From: an uncultured Candidatus Saccharibacteria bacterium
GTDB lineage: Bacteria; Patescibacteriota; Dojkabacteria; SC72
Direction of reading: 5' to 3'
DNA: 36,921 bases
Assembly (NCBI GenBank): GCA_964593535.1
Contig: CAZQHF010000002.1
Span: 1-36,921 of the forward strand
Shown one piece after another: positions 9,703 through 18,801 of the stretch. How positions within the stretch are numbered: position 1 is the stretch's first letter; each line of letters begins with the position of its first letter. A program made the translations under genes and the position numbers. A model generated the notes under the pieces. The model had not been told where the DNA came from. It did no database searches and saw nothing but the letters and a program-made list of their open reading frames with translations.

Positions 9703-10305
9703 ATGAATAAGAAATATTCAGGTTTTACCCTAGTAGAGATGCTTATAGTAATGGGTATTATCATTATCCTTACTGTAGTAGGTATTACTGCTGGGAGATT
9801 TGCTATTAATAGAGCAAATGATGTAGCACACAGAAATGCTGTAGATCAAGTATATACATCTCTGCAGGCATATTATACTGATAATAGAAAGTATCCCGCA
9901 CATAATGATCCAGTCATGTGTAATTCGGGTACATGTTCTGTGGAAATATTAGTCGGAACACCGCAAGGGGGAGCGGGTACTCTGGTTCCATATATAGATA
10001 AAGATTCTTTTGATGGTGGTAGTACCGCAACATATTTTTATGGAGTTGGTGGTGATGCTGGAGACCAGGCGGTATTAGTATGTGTTACTTTAAGAGGTGA
10101 TGCTGCTGAGAATACTATTCATCCAGATGGGGCTGTGTATTGTGCAGGTAATGGTATTGGTGTTGACATAGCATTTGATGGTGCTACTGCTGGTAGTGTA
10201 CTAGTTCCAGTAAAAGAAATGACATATAGTGGAAATAATACAGACCCTGTTTGGGCAACATTTGCTAGTGGTGGTTCAACATGGGATGGTGATACTTGGG
10301 AGTAA
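9703..10305 (+). CDS. pilA: Type IV (major) pilin
   Basis: Class III signal MNKKYSG|FTLVEMLIVMGIIIIL with Glu at +5. Four Cys in the globular part. Followed by a hairpin terminator. Confidence 0.85.
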   Translation: MNKKYSGFTLVEMLIVMGIIIILTVVGITAGRFAINRANDVAHRNAVDQVYTSLQAYYTDNRKYPAHNDPVMCNSGTCSVEILVGTPQGGAGTLVPYIDKDSFDGGSTATYFYGVGGDAGDQAVLVCVTLRGDAAENTIHPDGAVYCAGNGIGVDIAFDGATAGSVLVPVKEMTYSGNNTDPVWATFASGGSTWDGDTWE

Positions 10306-10329
10306 AGATAGCTATATTTTTGATTTATT

Positions 10330-10366
10330 GAATCCTCTTGTATAAGGGGATTCTTCTTTTATATTT
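10330..10366 (+). terminator. Rho-independent terminator after the pilin gene
   Basis: GAATCCTC (10330-10337) pairs with GGGGATTC (10346-10353). This is an 8-bp stem with one G-U pair and an 8-nt loop, followed by TTCTTTTATATTT. Confidence 0.55.
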
Positions 10367-10390
10367 CCTTAAAACATATATAATAAAGAT

Positions 10391-11155
10391 ATGCATATGT
10401 ATCTTACATTTATGATATTTCTACTTGGTCTTGTATTAGCAAGCTTTTTAAATGCACTACTATATAGAATAGATAATGAATATAAATATCCTGAAATATT
10501 TGTAAAAGGATCTCATTGTGAAAAGTGTGGGAAAATGCTTAAAGTATATGAACTTATACCAGTACTCTCGTATATAATATTTAAGGGGAGGTGTAGTAAA
10601 TGTGGTTATAGAATCCCAAAATATTATCCTATTTCAGAATTAGCATTAGGTATAGGAATGGGGAGTATATACTATTATTCACTCTCCACTATTCTGTATG
10701 TAGTGTTAGTATTCTTTTTTTGTTTTTCATATTTTGATCATATGTACAAAGAAATACCTAAAGAATTAGTAGATACATTCTTAATATTTTCAGTCATCTA
10801 TTTCTTTATGTCTACACTTTTAAATCATTCTATACCTGAAAATGCAGTAATTGGTGGAATTGTAATGTGTGTTTTTATACTTCTTATAGCTAAGGTGATG
10901 AAGAAACCCTTTGGAATGGGAGATATACTTGTACTATTAGGACTTAGCATGGTAGTTAATCTTGAATTATATTTAGGATACATATATATTTTTCTAATAT
11001 CTTCCGGCTTATATTCCATGTACATTGTTTTATTTAAAAAAGAAAAAAGAAAATCATCACTAGCATTACTTCCCTTTATGTTTCTTTCATTATCTATTAC
11101 TTTCCTCTTTTATCCATATCTTCTTGAATTTATTTCTAAAGTCTTTTACTTTTAA
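10391..11155 (+). CDS. pilD: Prepilin peptidase (A24 family), PilD
   Basis: 254 aa polytopic membrane protein. N-terminal CxxC...CxxC (CEKCGK...CSKCGY) and a GxGD-type active-site box (FGMGDILVL). The start could also be the third codon (ATG at 10397). Confidence 0.85.
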   Translation: MHMYLTFMIFLLGLVLASFLNALLYRIDNEYKYPEIFVKGSHCEKCGKMLKVYELIPVLSYIIFKGRCSKCGYRIPKYYPISELALGIGMGSIYYYSLSTILYVVLVFFFCFSYFDHMYKEIPKELVDTFLIFSVIYFFMSTLLNHSIPENAVIGGIVMCVFILLIAKVMKKPFGMGDILVLLGLSMVVNLELYLGYIYIFLISSGLYSMYIVLFKKEKRKSSLALLPFMFLSLSITFLFYPYLLEFISKVFYF

Positions 11156-11214
11156 TATTGAGTACTTCTTAAAATTCTGATAAATTATACATAGATACTT
11201 GTTTTAAAACTGCC

Positions 11215-12156
11215 ATGAGAAATACAGCTAAAAAACTTCAAGGATTTACTTTAATGGAGATGTTAATAGTTTTGTCTATAATTATAATCTTGTCAGCTGT
11301 TGGAATTAGTGGCTTTAATTCAATAAATGAAACATTTACTGCGAATGAAAATGCAGAATTAGTGAAACAGGATATAGAATCGGCAAGGCTTAAAGCGATG
11401 AATATGGGAAAAGAGAGTGAAGAAACTTGGGTGTATGGATTTGGTATAGATTTTAGAAATGCGGATTCAAGTAATGGAAGAAATGAAAATTATAGAATGT
11501 ATAAATGGTGTTCTCCTGTTAAGAATTTTGGGGACACTCTTACTTTGGGTGGAATCCCTTATGATCTTACAAGGGCTAAACTTCCTAATCTGTATTCTGG
11601 GTTTGATGTTAATGGAGATATTTCAAATGTAAATTTGTGTGGTACTTTTAATCAATATAAAAACGGAAGTATACCTGCATCATGTGGAAGTGAAAGCGAT
11701 GGGTATGTTGATAGGTGTTCAGAAAACAGTACAAATCTCTCTCTTATAAAAGGAGAGAATCTTTCACTTCTTAATAGATTTGATGGTCAAGTTGTTCTTC
11801 TCGATTTAAACGAAGAGAAGAATCCCCCTAGTTTCGTATTTTTTGAATCTCTTACTGGAAAAGCAATAATTTATGCGAGAGATGGGCAGGTCTTAAATTA
11901 TAAAAATGATGGGAGCTTTGATGCAGAGAATTTCTTGCCATTAGATATTATTCTTAGAAGAAAAAATAATAGTGATACATTTGATATGATAAGTGTATAT
12001 CCACTATCAGGTGAAATTATACATCATGTGTATGGATCTAGAGATAAAAAAGAGGATTCATCAGAATGTGGAGAGAATTTAAGCTGTTTTACTTTTGGTG
12101 GGAATACATATGAGAGATATGGAATAGATGATGAGATAAAATCGTACAGGGATTAA
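11215..12156 (+). CDS. Minor pilin / pseudopilin
   Basis: Prepilin signal KKLQG|FTLMEMLIVLSIIIIL with Glu at +5. 313 aa. Confidence 0.75.
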   Translation: MRNTAKKLQGFTLMEMLIVLSIIIILSAVGISGFNSINETFTANENAELVKQDIESARLKAMNMGKESEETWVYGFGIDFRNADSSNGRNENYRMYKWCSPVKNFGDTLTLGGIPYDLTRAKLPNLYSGFDVNGDISNVNLCGTFNQYKNGSIPASCGSESDGYVDRCSENSTNLSLIKGENLSLLNRFDGQVVLLDLNEEKNPPSFVFFESLTGKAIIYARDGQVLNYKNDGSFDAENFLPLDIILRRKNNSDTFDMISVYPLSGEIIHHVYGSRDKKEDSSECGENLSCFTFGGNTYERYGIDDEIKSYRD

Positions 12157-12164
12157 AGATATAA

Positions 12165-12731
12165 ATGAATAAAGATTTAAACAAAAAGTATAAAGGACTG
12201 GGGTTTGCGGAGACGCTTATTGCTATGATGATAGTTGGTATTGTAGGAATAGTATTAATGCAGATAGCATCAGATACACTTAGGGAATTGGCACAATTAG
12301 ATATAAAAGATGCGATTGCTAAACATGCAGTATCAACAGCTGTTGATTTACAAAGGATTGCGATAGAGGATATGAGTAGGGAAGGAGATGAGAAGGAATT
12401 CGAAAAACTTATTGCTAGTACAGTTATTTGCTATGGTATAAGTAGAGATGGGGCATCATTTGATGATAGATTATTTGATTGTCCATCAGAAAATAACAAT
12501 AATGGAGAAGGTTACAGACAGAATTATACAAGAATATATGAAGATAAAAATGGGGATGGATCTTTCGATGAGGATGAGAAGACACAGTATTTTAGAATAA
12601 TAAATGTTAAAGAAATAACTGACAGAAGAGCTGTTGTTGAAATAATTACAGGTGTTGCTAATATGAAAGGTTTAAATACTACAAATAAAGATATAAAAGA
12701 TTATAGATATTTAGCTGTTATTGCAAGATGA
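12165..12731 (+). CDS. Minor pilin-like protein
   Basis: N-terminus KKYKG|LGFAETLIAMMIVGIV has Glu at +5 if cleaved after KG. Its stop overlaps the next gene by 4 nt. Confidence 0.6.
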   Translation: MNKDLNKKYKGLGFAETLIAMMIVGIVGIVLMQIASDTLRELAQLDIKDAIAKHAVSTAVDLQRIAIEDMSREGDEKEFEKLIASTVICYGISRDGASFDDRLFDCPSENNNNGEGYRQNYTRIYEDKNGDGSFDEDEKTQYFRIINVKEITDRRAVVEIITGVANMKGLNTTNKDIKDYRYLAVIAR

Positions 12732-13435
12732 AAAAGGATAGAAGAACATATGAAGGATTTAGCTTAGTGGAAACACTATTTACCATAGTAATACTATCTA
12801 TGGTTATGCTTTTTGTTGCAAGTATGCTTAATACTGTTATTAAAACATCACATACAGCAAATAGTAAAAATATGGCAAGAAGCGATATTAATTATGTTAT
12901 GGATGTATATGATAGAACTCTAAGTAATGCTAAACTAGAAGATGTTAGAATGTATGATTCTTCTAATGTTAGAGAGTTTGGTTTTAATAGTGATGGGATT
13001 CCAGTTATACAACTAGCAGGAGGTTTATTGGGAAATACTTATGCAGAGGGAAATCCTGTCCCTGAAAATATTAATGAGATTCATGTTAGATTATATGGAT
13101 ATGATACATGGACATGTTTAGGTTATTTTAAGTATATAACTGGAGGAAATGAATATGGATTTATTGTTAAAGCTACATCAAATGATTTAAATGTTGATAA
13201 TCATGATACTTGCTTTGCCGAAGACTCCCCTATTACAATACTTCATTCCTATTCTGTTGATGTTTCAAAGTTTTCTATGCAGTTTATCGATATTGGTGAT
13301 GGTGTAAATAGTATATTTGTTATAGGTAGTGAGTTTACTCCATTGTATTGGCCTATGTCTAATTCTTTTAATCTTGTGGCTAAAGGTGTATCTAGGAAGG
13401 TGATAGTTTCTACGAGAGCATTGACAAGATACTAA
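12728..13435 (+). CDS. Minor pilin-like protein
   Basis: Prepilin signal RRTYEG|FSLVETLFTIVILSMV with Glu at +5. Confidence 0.7.
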   Translation: MKKDRRTYEGFSLVETLFTIVILSMVMLFVASMLNTVIKTSHTANSKNMARSDINYVMDVYDRTLSNAKLEDVRMYDSSNVREFGFNSDGIPVIQLAGGLLGNTYAEGNPVPENINEIHVRLYGYDTWTCLGYFKYITGGNEYGFIVKATSNDLNVDNHDTCFAEDSPITILHSYSVDVSKFSMQFIDIGDGVNSIFVIGSEFTPLYWPMSNSFNLVAKGVSRKVIVSTRALTRY

Positions 13436-13476
13436 AGAATTGTTAAGTTATAATGATATCTTATTATTAAAACATT

Positions 13477-14400
13477 ATGAAAAAATACTCAGGGCAAGCT
13501 ATAGCTATCATAATGGTTGTACTTGTTGTAGCTGCTGTGATTGGAGCATCTCTTTACTCTAGAATGATGAGAAATAAAGGGGAAGTTGTTGATACAAGAG
13601 AATCACAAAAGGCTTTAGAACAGGCAGGTAATGTTTTAGATGCTTTTACAACATCTGATCTTCCTTCTTTGCAGAAATTACTTAGTAAAGAATTAAGTGA
13701 GGATGATGATGGAGAAATAGTTTTAAGCAACATAGAAGTGATAAGGAATTTTTTGCAAAGCTTAAATGGTGATCAAATGGATTTAGGCTTACTAGGGCTG
13801 GGAGAAGGCGGTTCATGTTCTGAACCTGTTGTAACTATAGCATATGCTCAGGCTTCTGATGGGATAGAGTATGGTGTTGGTGATGTGATGGCAATTAATG
13901 TGGATGGTGTAAGTATTCCTGCTGGTTGTGTAGCAACTCTCACCTTCTATACTGCAGGGAGCGGAGATCATTTGTTTACAACAAAGTATGTGTATATGGA
14001 TAACGATGGGAATGTACAACCTTATAAACTTGAAGATATGGAGTTGTACTGTCTAAATAGCACTGGTGGTAATTGTGGAGAAGGAAGTGTAGCTCCAATA
14101 GAATCTATTGAAGGAACATTAGCCTCAGGAGGTAGTATTACTTTAAATTTTGCAGATTATTCTAATTTGTATGAATTTAGAATTCTTCCCTCGAAAGAAA
14201 AGATAAAGATTGGGTTACAGGGAAATGAGGCATGTAATCATCTTCTTGATAACTATTTTATAAAATCTACAGTTATATGTACTGGTCAGGAAAGAACTAT
14301 GCAGGTTGTAATACCAAATGCGATGAATATGGGGTATCCATCCCTTTTTGATTATACAATTTATAACTCTTCAGGGACTTTAACACCATATCATCACTAA
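13477..14400 (+). CDS. PilX-like pilus-associated protein with an N-terminal hydrophobic anchor and no Glu at +5
   Basis: MKKYSGQAIAIIMVVLVVAAVIGASLY is a pilin-like leader that lacks Glu at +5. Position is last in the minor-pilin run. Confidence 0.45.
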   Translation: MKKYSGQAIAIIMVVLVVAAVIGASLYSRMMRNKGEVVDTRESQKALEQAGNVLDAFTTSDLPSLQKLLSKELSEDDDGEIVLSNIEVIRNFLQSLNGDQMDLGLLGLGEGGSCSEPVVTIAYAQASDGIEYGVGDVMAINVDGVSIPAGCVATLTFYTAGSGDHLFTTKYVYMDNDGNVQPYKLEDMELYCLNSTGGNCGEGSVAPIESIEGTLASGGSITLNFADYSNLYEFRILPSKEKIKIGLQGNEACNHLLDNYFIKSTVICTGQERTMQVVIPNAMNMGYPSLFDYTIYNSSGTLTPYHH

Positions 14401-14424
14401 CCTTAATTTTTAATTTTAAAATAT

Positions 14425-14808
14425 ATGGCAGATGTAAAAAAAATATTGATAGTAGAAGATGAAATACCTCTTTTAGATTCATATGCAGAATTAGTTGAAA
14501 CTGCAGGATATATTCCTTTAAAAGCTTCTGATGGATATCAGGCATTGGATACTTTGTCAAATAATTTTGATCAGATAGATCTTGTTCTTCTTGATTTAAT
14601 GATGCCAGGTGTAGATGGATTGGAAGTGCTTAAAACAATTAGAAATAATGAAGACAAGTATGGGAAAATGCCTATTGTTGTTCTAACCAATATGACAAGT
14701 GAGTCAGTTGTTAAAGAGGCTTTTGATTTAGGGGCTATATCATATCTTGTTAAAACAGATTTAGACTATGATGGATTAGTTAAGGAATTGTCTAAGTTTT
14801 TTGGATAG
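14425..14808 (+). CDS. Stand-alone response-regulator receiver domain (CheY/PilH-like)
   Basis: 127 aa. Acidic pocket EDE, phospho-acceptor context LVLLDLMMPGVDG, VVLTNMTS, YLVK. No output domain and no histidine kinase in the window. Confidence 0.85.
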   Translation: MADVKKILIVEDEIPLLDSYAELVETAGYIPLKASDGYQALDTLSNNFDQIDLVLLDLMMPGVDGLEVLKTIRNNEDKYGKMPIVVLTNMTSESVVKEAFDLGAISYLVKTDLDYDGLVKELSKFFG

Positions 14809-14928
14809 AATGTAAATTTGTTAACTGCTCTTAAGTGGGAAAAATACTGTATTATCAAAGAGTAAGCTTAGTCTTTATTTGGTTGGGATATCATATTACA
14901 ATCTATAGAGATGGGAGTTAAACCTTAA
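14809..14928 (+). pseudogene. Decayed 3'-terminal relic of a third paralog of the two large Cys-rich proteins
   Basis: In-frame translation gives NVNLLTALKWEKYCIIKE*A*SLFGWDIILQSIEMGVKP*. This aligns with the C-termini of the two paralogs: LLAIDLHPKYGILGEEFFGSKYIIQTVELGVKP* and VLVIDYHPKYGVIAEKFFGRQSTVKAVEIGVKP*. Two internal stop codons and no upstream body. Confidence 0.6.
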
Positions 14929-14953
14929 TATATAAATTAATATTAAAAGTGAT

Positions 14954-15967
14954 TTGAAGGAAACAGTCAGTAAAAAAAAAATTAATATTACCCTACTTGT
15001 TTTTCTGATTGTAATAATACTTTTCCTCTTTTCAGCTTTGTTTTATTTTGTAAAATTTCCGGAGAAAGAGAGTACTCTATCGACAAACCCATTCGGGGAA
15101 TTTGGCTTGGAGTATGATCAAACACCTTTGTTAGCTTGTTTTATTGGGATAGAAGGTTATAAAAACTTCTGTTTAAAGCCTGAAAACAAGGGTTTCTATC
15201 CTATGGATTTACTTGATGAACATCCTGAAATACAAGGATATCCTTCGGGTTTGTATATTCTAGAGTTGAAGGAGGACTCATTAAGGAGTTCTAAGGTAAA
15301 TGCAGATATCATTTTAGAGAAGTGGTATAAATATATTCTGTTAAACGAAGGTTCTTTCATAAGAGAAGTAGGAGAAAAAAAGACAATTGATTTGTATAAC
15401 CTGACACAACTAAGAATGATTCAGATGAAGAAAGGTGTTTATAGTGAAAGTGATATGATTGAGGAATTTACGAATTATTCTGAAGGAGAATATATACCCA
15501 CAAGCCCAATGAGATATTCTGATTTCTCATTCCTGTGTAGTATTGCACCAAAAATGTGTGTGTCCTTTAGCAATTTATACAAAATTCCGTTTCTTCATCT
15601 GAGAGAAATTAATCAAAATCCAGATTCTGACATTACTGATTTAGAATTAGTGTGGTCTAATTTAAAGATGCTAAATCTAGGGATAAATTCTTTAAATAAT
15701 AATTCCTTACAAAGTGAAGAGACATCTATAGAGTATGAGAAGTTTTTATCTAATGTTTTGAAAAATAATCAAGGTTTAACTAAAGAAGAAGCTCTTTTTA
15801 TTGGGGAGTATCTTCCCATTTGGCTTTTAGATTATGTGGATGTTTTGTATAAGAGTTGGGTTGGAGAATCTAAGGATTATTATATTGTTCTTCTAGATTC
15901 AGTTTGCAAAGAGTCACAATGTTTAGAGATTAAGTTAAATGTTCTTTATAATGAATTTAAGAATTAG
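14954..15967 (+). CDS. Hypothetical N-terminally membrane-anchored protein, first gene of the insert
   Basis: 337 aa with a TTG start. One TM span (ITLLVFLIVIILFLFSALFYFV) followed by a soluble domain. I recognise no family. Its 3' end overlaps the start of the next gene. Confidence 0.55.
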   Translation: MKETVSKKKINITLLVFLIVIILFLFSALFYFVKFPEKESTLSTNPFGEFGLEYDQTPLLACFIGIEGYKNFCLKPENKGFYPMDLLDEHPEIQGYPSGLYILELKEDSLRSSKVNADIILEKWYKYILLNEGSFIREVGEKKTIDLYNLTQLRMIQMKKGVYSESDMIEEFTNYSEGEYIPTSPMRYSDFSFLCSIAPKMCVSFSNLYKIPFLHLREINQNPDSDITDLELVWSNLKMLNLGINSLNNNSLQSEETSIEYEKFLSNVLKNNQGLTKEEALFIGEYLPIWLLDYVDVLYKSWVGESKDYYIVLLDSVCKESQCLEIKLNVLYNEFKN

Positions 15968-18773
15968 ATTATTAATTTTAATAACAGGTTTTTCAACTAT
16001 TATTTTATGTCTATCGATGACACAGATTAAGGCGGCATTACCGTATTGCGATACGGCTGTTAAAAAGTGTGTCATAGATTCTGGATGTTACCCTGAGGGG
16101 TGTATGGAGGCTTGTGTACAGGATTGTTTTGATACTGGACACTGTTCATATAACTTATCTCAATGCAGTACATCACCAGATAAATATTACCAAGATGGAA
16201 GTTGTTGCTGGGCTAAATATGGAGGCTCTTGTACGGAAGATTGTGATTGTACAGGTACTTGTTGTAATCCTGGTTGTACTCCTCCTGCTTGTTGGAATGG
16301 GACATCAACTTCCGATACGGGTGATTATTATGGTGCACAACAGTGTACTGATGATTGTGGCGATAAGGAGTATCGGAATTGTTATTGTAATATTTGTACT
16401 CCACCCTCTTGTTTAAGCAGTGGGTATAGTGATACAAATTTAGGATATGGGCAAGTTCCTCTTGCAAAGACTCCTTCCTGTAGAAATGGTTATAATGCTC
16501 CTGACTATATATCACAATGTGATATGACATACCGTACATGTTACTGTCCAAGCTGTTTAAAGCAATGTCCTTCACCATTAGCTAATACAGGGAGTGCTAA
16601 TTTAATATTAAATGATTTTAGAGAATGTACAAATGATTGTGATGTTAAACCACCAGAGGATCAGGATGATTGTTATGAGACAGAATCTTCTCAACCAACA
16701 GAAGTGCTTACAATAGTCAAAAATCCACTTGATTACACAAACCTTTATGGCTTTAGTAGTATTACTCATACAGGTGATAGACAAGTAGAGACTGCTAGGC
16801 TTGGAACATTAAATGATCCGTTTAATCCTCCAGTCAAAATGAAGGCCGAATATACAGATACAAACGGTTCAAGTGATATAGAGGGGCTGTTTGTATGGTT
16901 TAGAGAAAGTCAGTATACAGGAGAGCTAGGTACACCATTATATATCTCAGACATAGCAGAACCTACAGCATCAGCAAATGATAGTTGGGGATTTATGTTA
17001 AGAAGAATGGGGAGTGCCTGGCAACCATATGTACCTAGTTATAATGGGGGAAATGTATTTTGGACAAGAGAAGATACTAGCGGTAACATATTTTCAATAG
17101 ATGGGCCAAATGGGGGAAAGATGGTAGAGGTTACAATAATAGGAGATATTATAGAGACAGGTAATACAGTATCAATGGAATTTAGTTTAAGATTTTCTAA
17201 TAGTGATGGTGTGCTTTATGATGATCCTGTTGCAGAAGGTGAATATAACATATATTTAATGGGTTTAGACAAGTTTAGTTTTACACCATATGATAACTAT
17301 AATATAAACTATGGGGATTATTGGACACCTCAGTTTAAATATTCAGGATATACAGATTTATCTCCATTCTGGCAACCCAATCAGTTAAGATACAAGCCTG
17401 AACAGGGACAGACTTATGTAAGGAATTGGACTAATACTGGAAAAACATGGACAATTGATAGGAAATCTCCTACTTTAAATACAAATGTAACTGTCTCAGG
17501 GAATAGTATTACATTATCATGGGATGCTTCTGATGATAGGAACTTATATGCAATCGTTGGAAATATCTTTACATCTGGTGATGATGTAAAGACTATTACT
17601 GTAAGCACGGGAACAATAGGTGTTTCTCTTCATGACCCTACTACTTTCTCACTAAATTCAAAGGATAATGGGGTTGATGAAGATAAAATAGGAATACTGA
17701 ATAGAATGGATGTTTCTCTTTTTCAAGTTAATCCAAACATTAATGGGACAGAACATAGTGGAAGTGTAACATTAAATATAAATCATGAGGCACAGAACTC
17801 TCTCTACTTCTTTATTACCGTATTTGATGATGCAGGGAATATAGCTCAAAGTGAGGAAATAAAACAGGATCTTAATGATTGGATGGTAACATCGGGAGGA
17901 TTAGCTTACTCAGCAGGTGGTACATCTTTTACAGCAAAAGATGTAGCTGAGGGAATATGGAGTGGTACTCTTCCTCCAAGTAGTTATGGAAATAATCCAG
18001 GTTTAATTCCTCCTTATGTTAATTTTACAAGTGAGATGTGGGGAGAGACGGGTGGATTGATAAACTTTAAACCTAGTAGTCCTTTACATAGTTATAGCTT
18101 AATATTTAAGGGCATAAAGTCGGTAGAAGAAAATGGTTACTACACCCTACTTCTGGATTCATATGAGAAGAATAAAAAGAATTTAGGGGATAGTGTACAA
18201 GAGATAATGGATGTTATGACATTTTCTACTGCAGTTAGTAATTATTGTTCGAAGGAATATTGTGTTTTTAAGAGTACTGCTGATGTTCGTATAGATTCTA
18301 ACTTCGCATGTAATAAAAAGACATTAATGTTTATAGATCGAAGTTTGGAAATAAATCCACCATTAAAGAATTCAACAGGTACAGATACATTAAGTAGCAA
18401 GAATGGTTGTATATTTGTTGTGAGTGGTAATGTTAATATTACAGAAGGAAGTGATGCTGTAAATAGTGGTTTTGGATATGACAAAATGAATGGATACATA
18501 TTTGCAGATGGGCAGATTATTATAGAAGACGAATCTGATAAAAGAGCTCCTAATACAGATCCAATCATAGATGGTGTATATGTAAATGGAGGATTGCAAT
18601 CTTCAAAAAATGATGATAAGAGTATATTGTTTAATAGGTATTTAAGGTTAGAAGATAGGTTAAAGTTCCCATTGTTGGCAATAGATTTACATCCTAAATA
18701 TGGTATATTAGGAGAGGAGTTCTTTGGAAGTAAATATATAATACAAACAGTAGAATTAGGAGTTAAACCGTAA
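15939..18773 (+). CDS. Large secreted Cys-rich modular protein, paralog A
   Basis: 944 aa (940 if the start is ATG at 15951). Signal-peptide-like N-terminus ending IKA|ALPYC. Cys-rich region of roughly 200 aa, then a body of roughly 700 aa that is homologous along its length to the next gene. Ends ELGVKP*. Confidence 0.8.
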   Translation: MFFIMNLRIRLLILITGFSTIILCLSMTQIKAALPYCDTAVKKCVIDSGCYPEGCMEACVQDCFDTGHCSYNLSQCSTSPDKYYQDGSCCWAKYGGSCTEDCDCTGTCCNPGCTPPACWNGTSTSDTGDYYGAQQCTDDCGDKEYRNCYCNICTPPSCLSSGYSDTNLGYGQVPLAKTPSCRNGYNAPDYISQCDMTYRTCYCPSCLKQCPSPLANTGSANLILNDFRECTNDCDVKPPEDQDDCYETESSQPTEVLTIVKNPLDYTNLYGFSSITHTGDRQVETARLGTLNDPFNPPVKMKAEYTDTNGSSDIEGLFVWFRESQYTGELGTPLYISDIAEPTASANDSWGFMLRRMGSAWQPYVPSYNGGNVFWTREDTSGNIFSIDGPNGGKMVEVTIIGDIIETGNTVSMEFSLRFSNSDGVLYDDPVAEGEYNIYLMGLDKFSFTPYDNYNINYGDYWTPQFKYSGYTDLSPFWQPNQLRYKPEQGQTYVRNWTNTGKTWTIDRKSPTLNTNVTVSGNSITLSWDASDDRNLYAIVGNIFTSGDDVKTITVSTGTIGVSLHDPTTFSLNSKDNGVDEDKIGILNRMDVSLFQVNPNINGTEHSGSVTLNINHEAQNSLYFFITVFDDAGNIAQSEEIKQDLNDWMVTSGGLAYSAGGTSFTAKDVAEGIWSGTLPPSSYGNNPGLIPPYVNFTSEMWGETGGLINFKPSSPLHSYSLIFKGIKSVEENGYYTLLLDSYEKNKKNLGDSVQEIMDVMTFSTAVSNYCSKEYCVFKSTADVRIDSNFACNKKTLMFIDRSLEINPPLKNSTGTDTLSSKNGCIFVVSGNVNITEGSDAVNSGFGYDKMNGYIFADGQIIIEDESDKRAPNTDPIIDGVYVNGGLQSSKNDDKSILFNRYLRLEDRLKFPLLAIDLHPKYGILGEEFFGSKYIIQTVELGVKP
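16524..16680 (+). repeat. Near-identical 157-nt patch shared with 19609-19765 (copy in paralog A)
   Basis: By eye there are 4 mismatches in 157 nt, all at synonymous third-codon positions. Encodes MTYRTCYCPSCLKQCPSPLANTGSANLILNDFRECTNDCDVKPPEDQDDCYE. Confidence 0.85.
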
Positions 18774-18801
18774 TAGTAATTTTATTATAAATAATAAAAT
18801 A

